Origin: an uncultured Pseudomonadota bacterium | GTDB lineage: Bacteria > Myxococcota_A > Polyangia > Fen-1088 | DNA: 64,000 nt | NCBI GenBank assembly: GCA_963725905.1 | Contig: CAVSAG010000001.1 | Location: 380,748 to 444,747, forward strand | Direction: 5' to 3' | Shown: piece after piece, positions 62,976 to 64,000 of the stretch | How positions within the stretch are numbered: position 1 is the stretch's first letter | Layout of the letters: every line of letters starts with the position of its first letter | Notes under the pieces: model-generated | What the model saw: only the letters and a program-made list of their open reading frames with translations | Told to the model about the DNA's origin: nothing | Databases searched by the model: none | Program-made: the position numbers and the translations under genes

Positions 62976-64000
62976 TTACTCGGCGCCGAGCTCTTTGCAG
63001 AGCCGCTGCTCGCGCGCGACGCCCTCGGCTTCTGGCCGGTCCGCGGGGGCGAGCCGCTGGTACGCGGTGGCGAGCGCGCAGTGGACGCGCGGATCGAACG
63101 GGTTCGTGGCCAGCGACGCGCGCAGCGCCACGACGGCGCCCGGCGCGTCGCCGAGCGCCAGCTTGGCCTCGCCGGCGATCAGCGTCGGCCAGGGGAGGTC
63201 GGGGTAGATGGCCTGGACGGGCCCGAGCGCCTTGAGCGCGCGCTCGGGCTCGCCCAGCGTCAGATAGGTGCGCCCCAGCTTCACCGGAAAGATCCAGCTC
63301 GCGGCCGGATCGCCGCGCGTCCCCGAGGTGATCGCCTTCTGCCCCTTCTCGTACTCGGCGGCCGCCGCGCGCGGGTGGTCGCGTCCGAGCAGGATGTTGC
63401 CGAGGCGCAAGTAACGATAGGGCGCGCCCGCGCGCATCGTCGAGGAGAGCGCGTCCTCCTCGGCCGGCTTGCGGCCCGAGGCGATCGCGTTGGCCTTGCG
63501 GATGTGGGTGGTGGAAATGTCGATCGCCGGGAAGGTCTTGTAGTGCTGGGCGAGCATGAAGGCGCGCCAGCCGCGCTCGAACTCCGTCCAGCTGCCGCCG
63601 GCGGCCGCCGCCACCGCCTGCCGCGCGTCCTGACCGTCGCGCACCCGCTTGACAGCGTCACGCAGCGCCGCCATGCCCCCCTTGTCGTAGAGGTAGGCGA
63701 CGGCGTTCTCCACCTCGGCGAAGGCGAGCGTGGCGTCCTCGGCCGACGGCAGCTTGGCCATGGAGGGATGCATCGCCTCGAAGCTGATGAGGTGGCCCGA
63801 GCGCAGCGCCTTGGCCAGGAGGTGCTCCATCGGAGGCGCGATGCGGCCGCCGGGCGGTTCGCGCCAGCGGCGCTCGAGGAACTTGGCGAGGCCCTCCTGC
63901 AGCCAGACCGGCGCGCGGTCTTCGGTCAGCGTGGAGACGGCGTAGTGGACCAGCTCGTGGTTCATGCTGTCGAGCCAGGGATAGCCGTAGGCGAGGGCGC
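62976..64000 (-). CDS. Peptidase MA-like (HExxH) / TPR protein, 5' end outside window
   Basis: HELVH..APVWLQEGLA; C-terminal TPR-like helices. Confidence 0.85.
   Translation of the reverse strand, partial: ALAYGYPWLDSMNHELVHYAVSTLTEDRAPVWLQEGLAKFLERRWREPPGGRIAPPMEHLLAKALRSGHLISFEAMHPSMAKLPSAEDATLAFAEVENAVAYLYDKGGMAALRDAVKRVRDGQDARQAVAAAAGGSWTEFERGWRAFMLAQHYKTFPAIDISTTHIRKANAIASGRKPAEEDALSSTMRAGAPYRYLRLGNILLGRDHPRAAAAEYEKGQKAITSGTRGDPAASWIFPVKLGRTYLTLGEPERALKALGPVQAIYPDLPWPTLIAGEAKLALGDAPGAVVALRASLATNPFDPRVHCALATAYQRLAPADRPEAEGVAREQRLCKELGAE

Overview
High-GC bacterial chromosome segment, most consistent with a Myxococcota (Polyangia-like) genome: MYXO-CTERM tail, TonB-C-fused receptor, TIGR04551-like barrel and many Gly-rich lipoproteins. 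Many genes, including essential ones (pyrG, ribF, rpoN), are split by 1-bp indels, mostly at 30-59 kb; I read these as long-read consensus errors, not pseudogenes. The left part (2-25 kb) is accessory-rich. It holds Gly/Ser-tethered surface proteins (GH12-like, GH8, gluconolactonase, FG-GAP, RCC1, beta-helix), decayed toxin-antitoxin loci beside tRNA-His/tRNA-Arg, serB, msrB, and an encapsulin plus ferritin-like cargo operon. The centre is housekeeping: tRNA-Cys, anmK-murQ, dapAB, ribF, pyrG and rpoN-hpf-ptsN-hprK-rapZ-EIIA-HPr-EI. The right part has FTR1, mce, nagZ, two VWA-like lipoproteins, a MoxR operon, a sigma54-linked two-component cluster and a GH3. Most notable observations: (1) two back-to-back TA loci with internally deleted toxins but intact antitoxins, promoters and operators; (2) a shared promoter-leader-signal-linker cassette on two unrelated glycosidases; (3) a GH12 lacking its nucleophile Glu; (4) a pervasive leaderless-mRNA signature; (5) a structured palindromic repeat read in-frame in murQ; (6) pyrG directly adjoining rpoN with the kds/lpt genes missing. 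All family calls come from motif recognition only; no searches were run.
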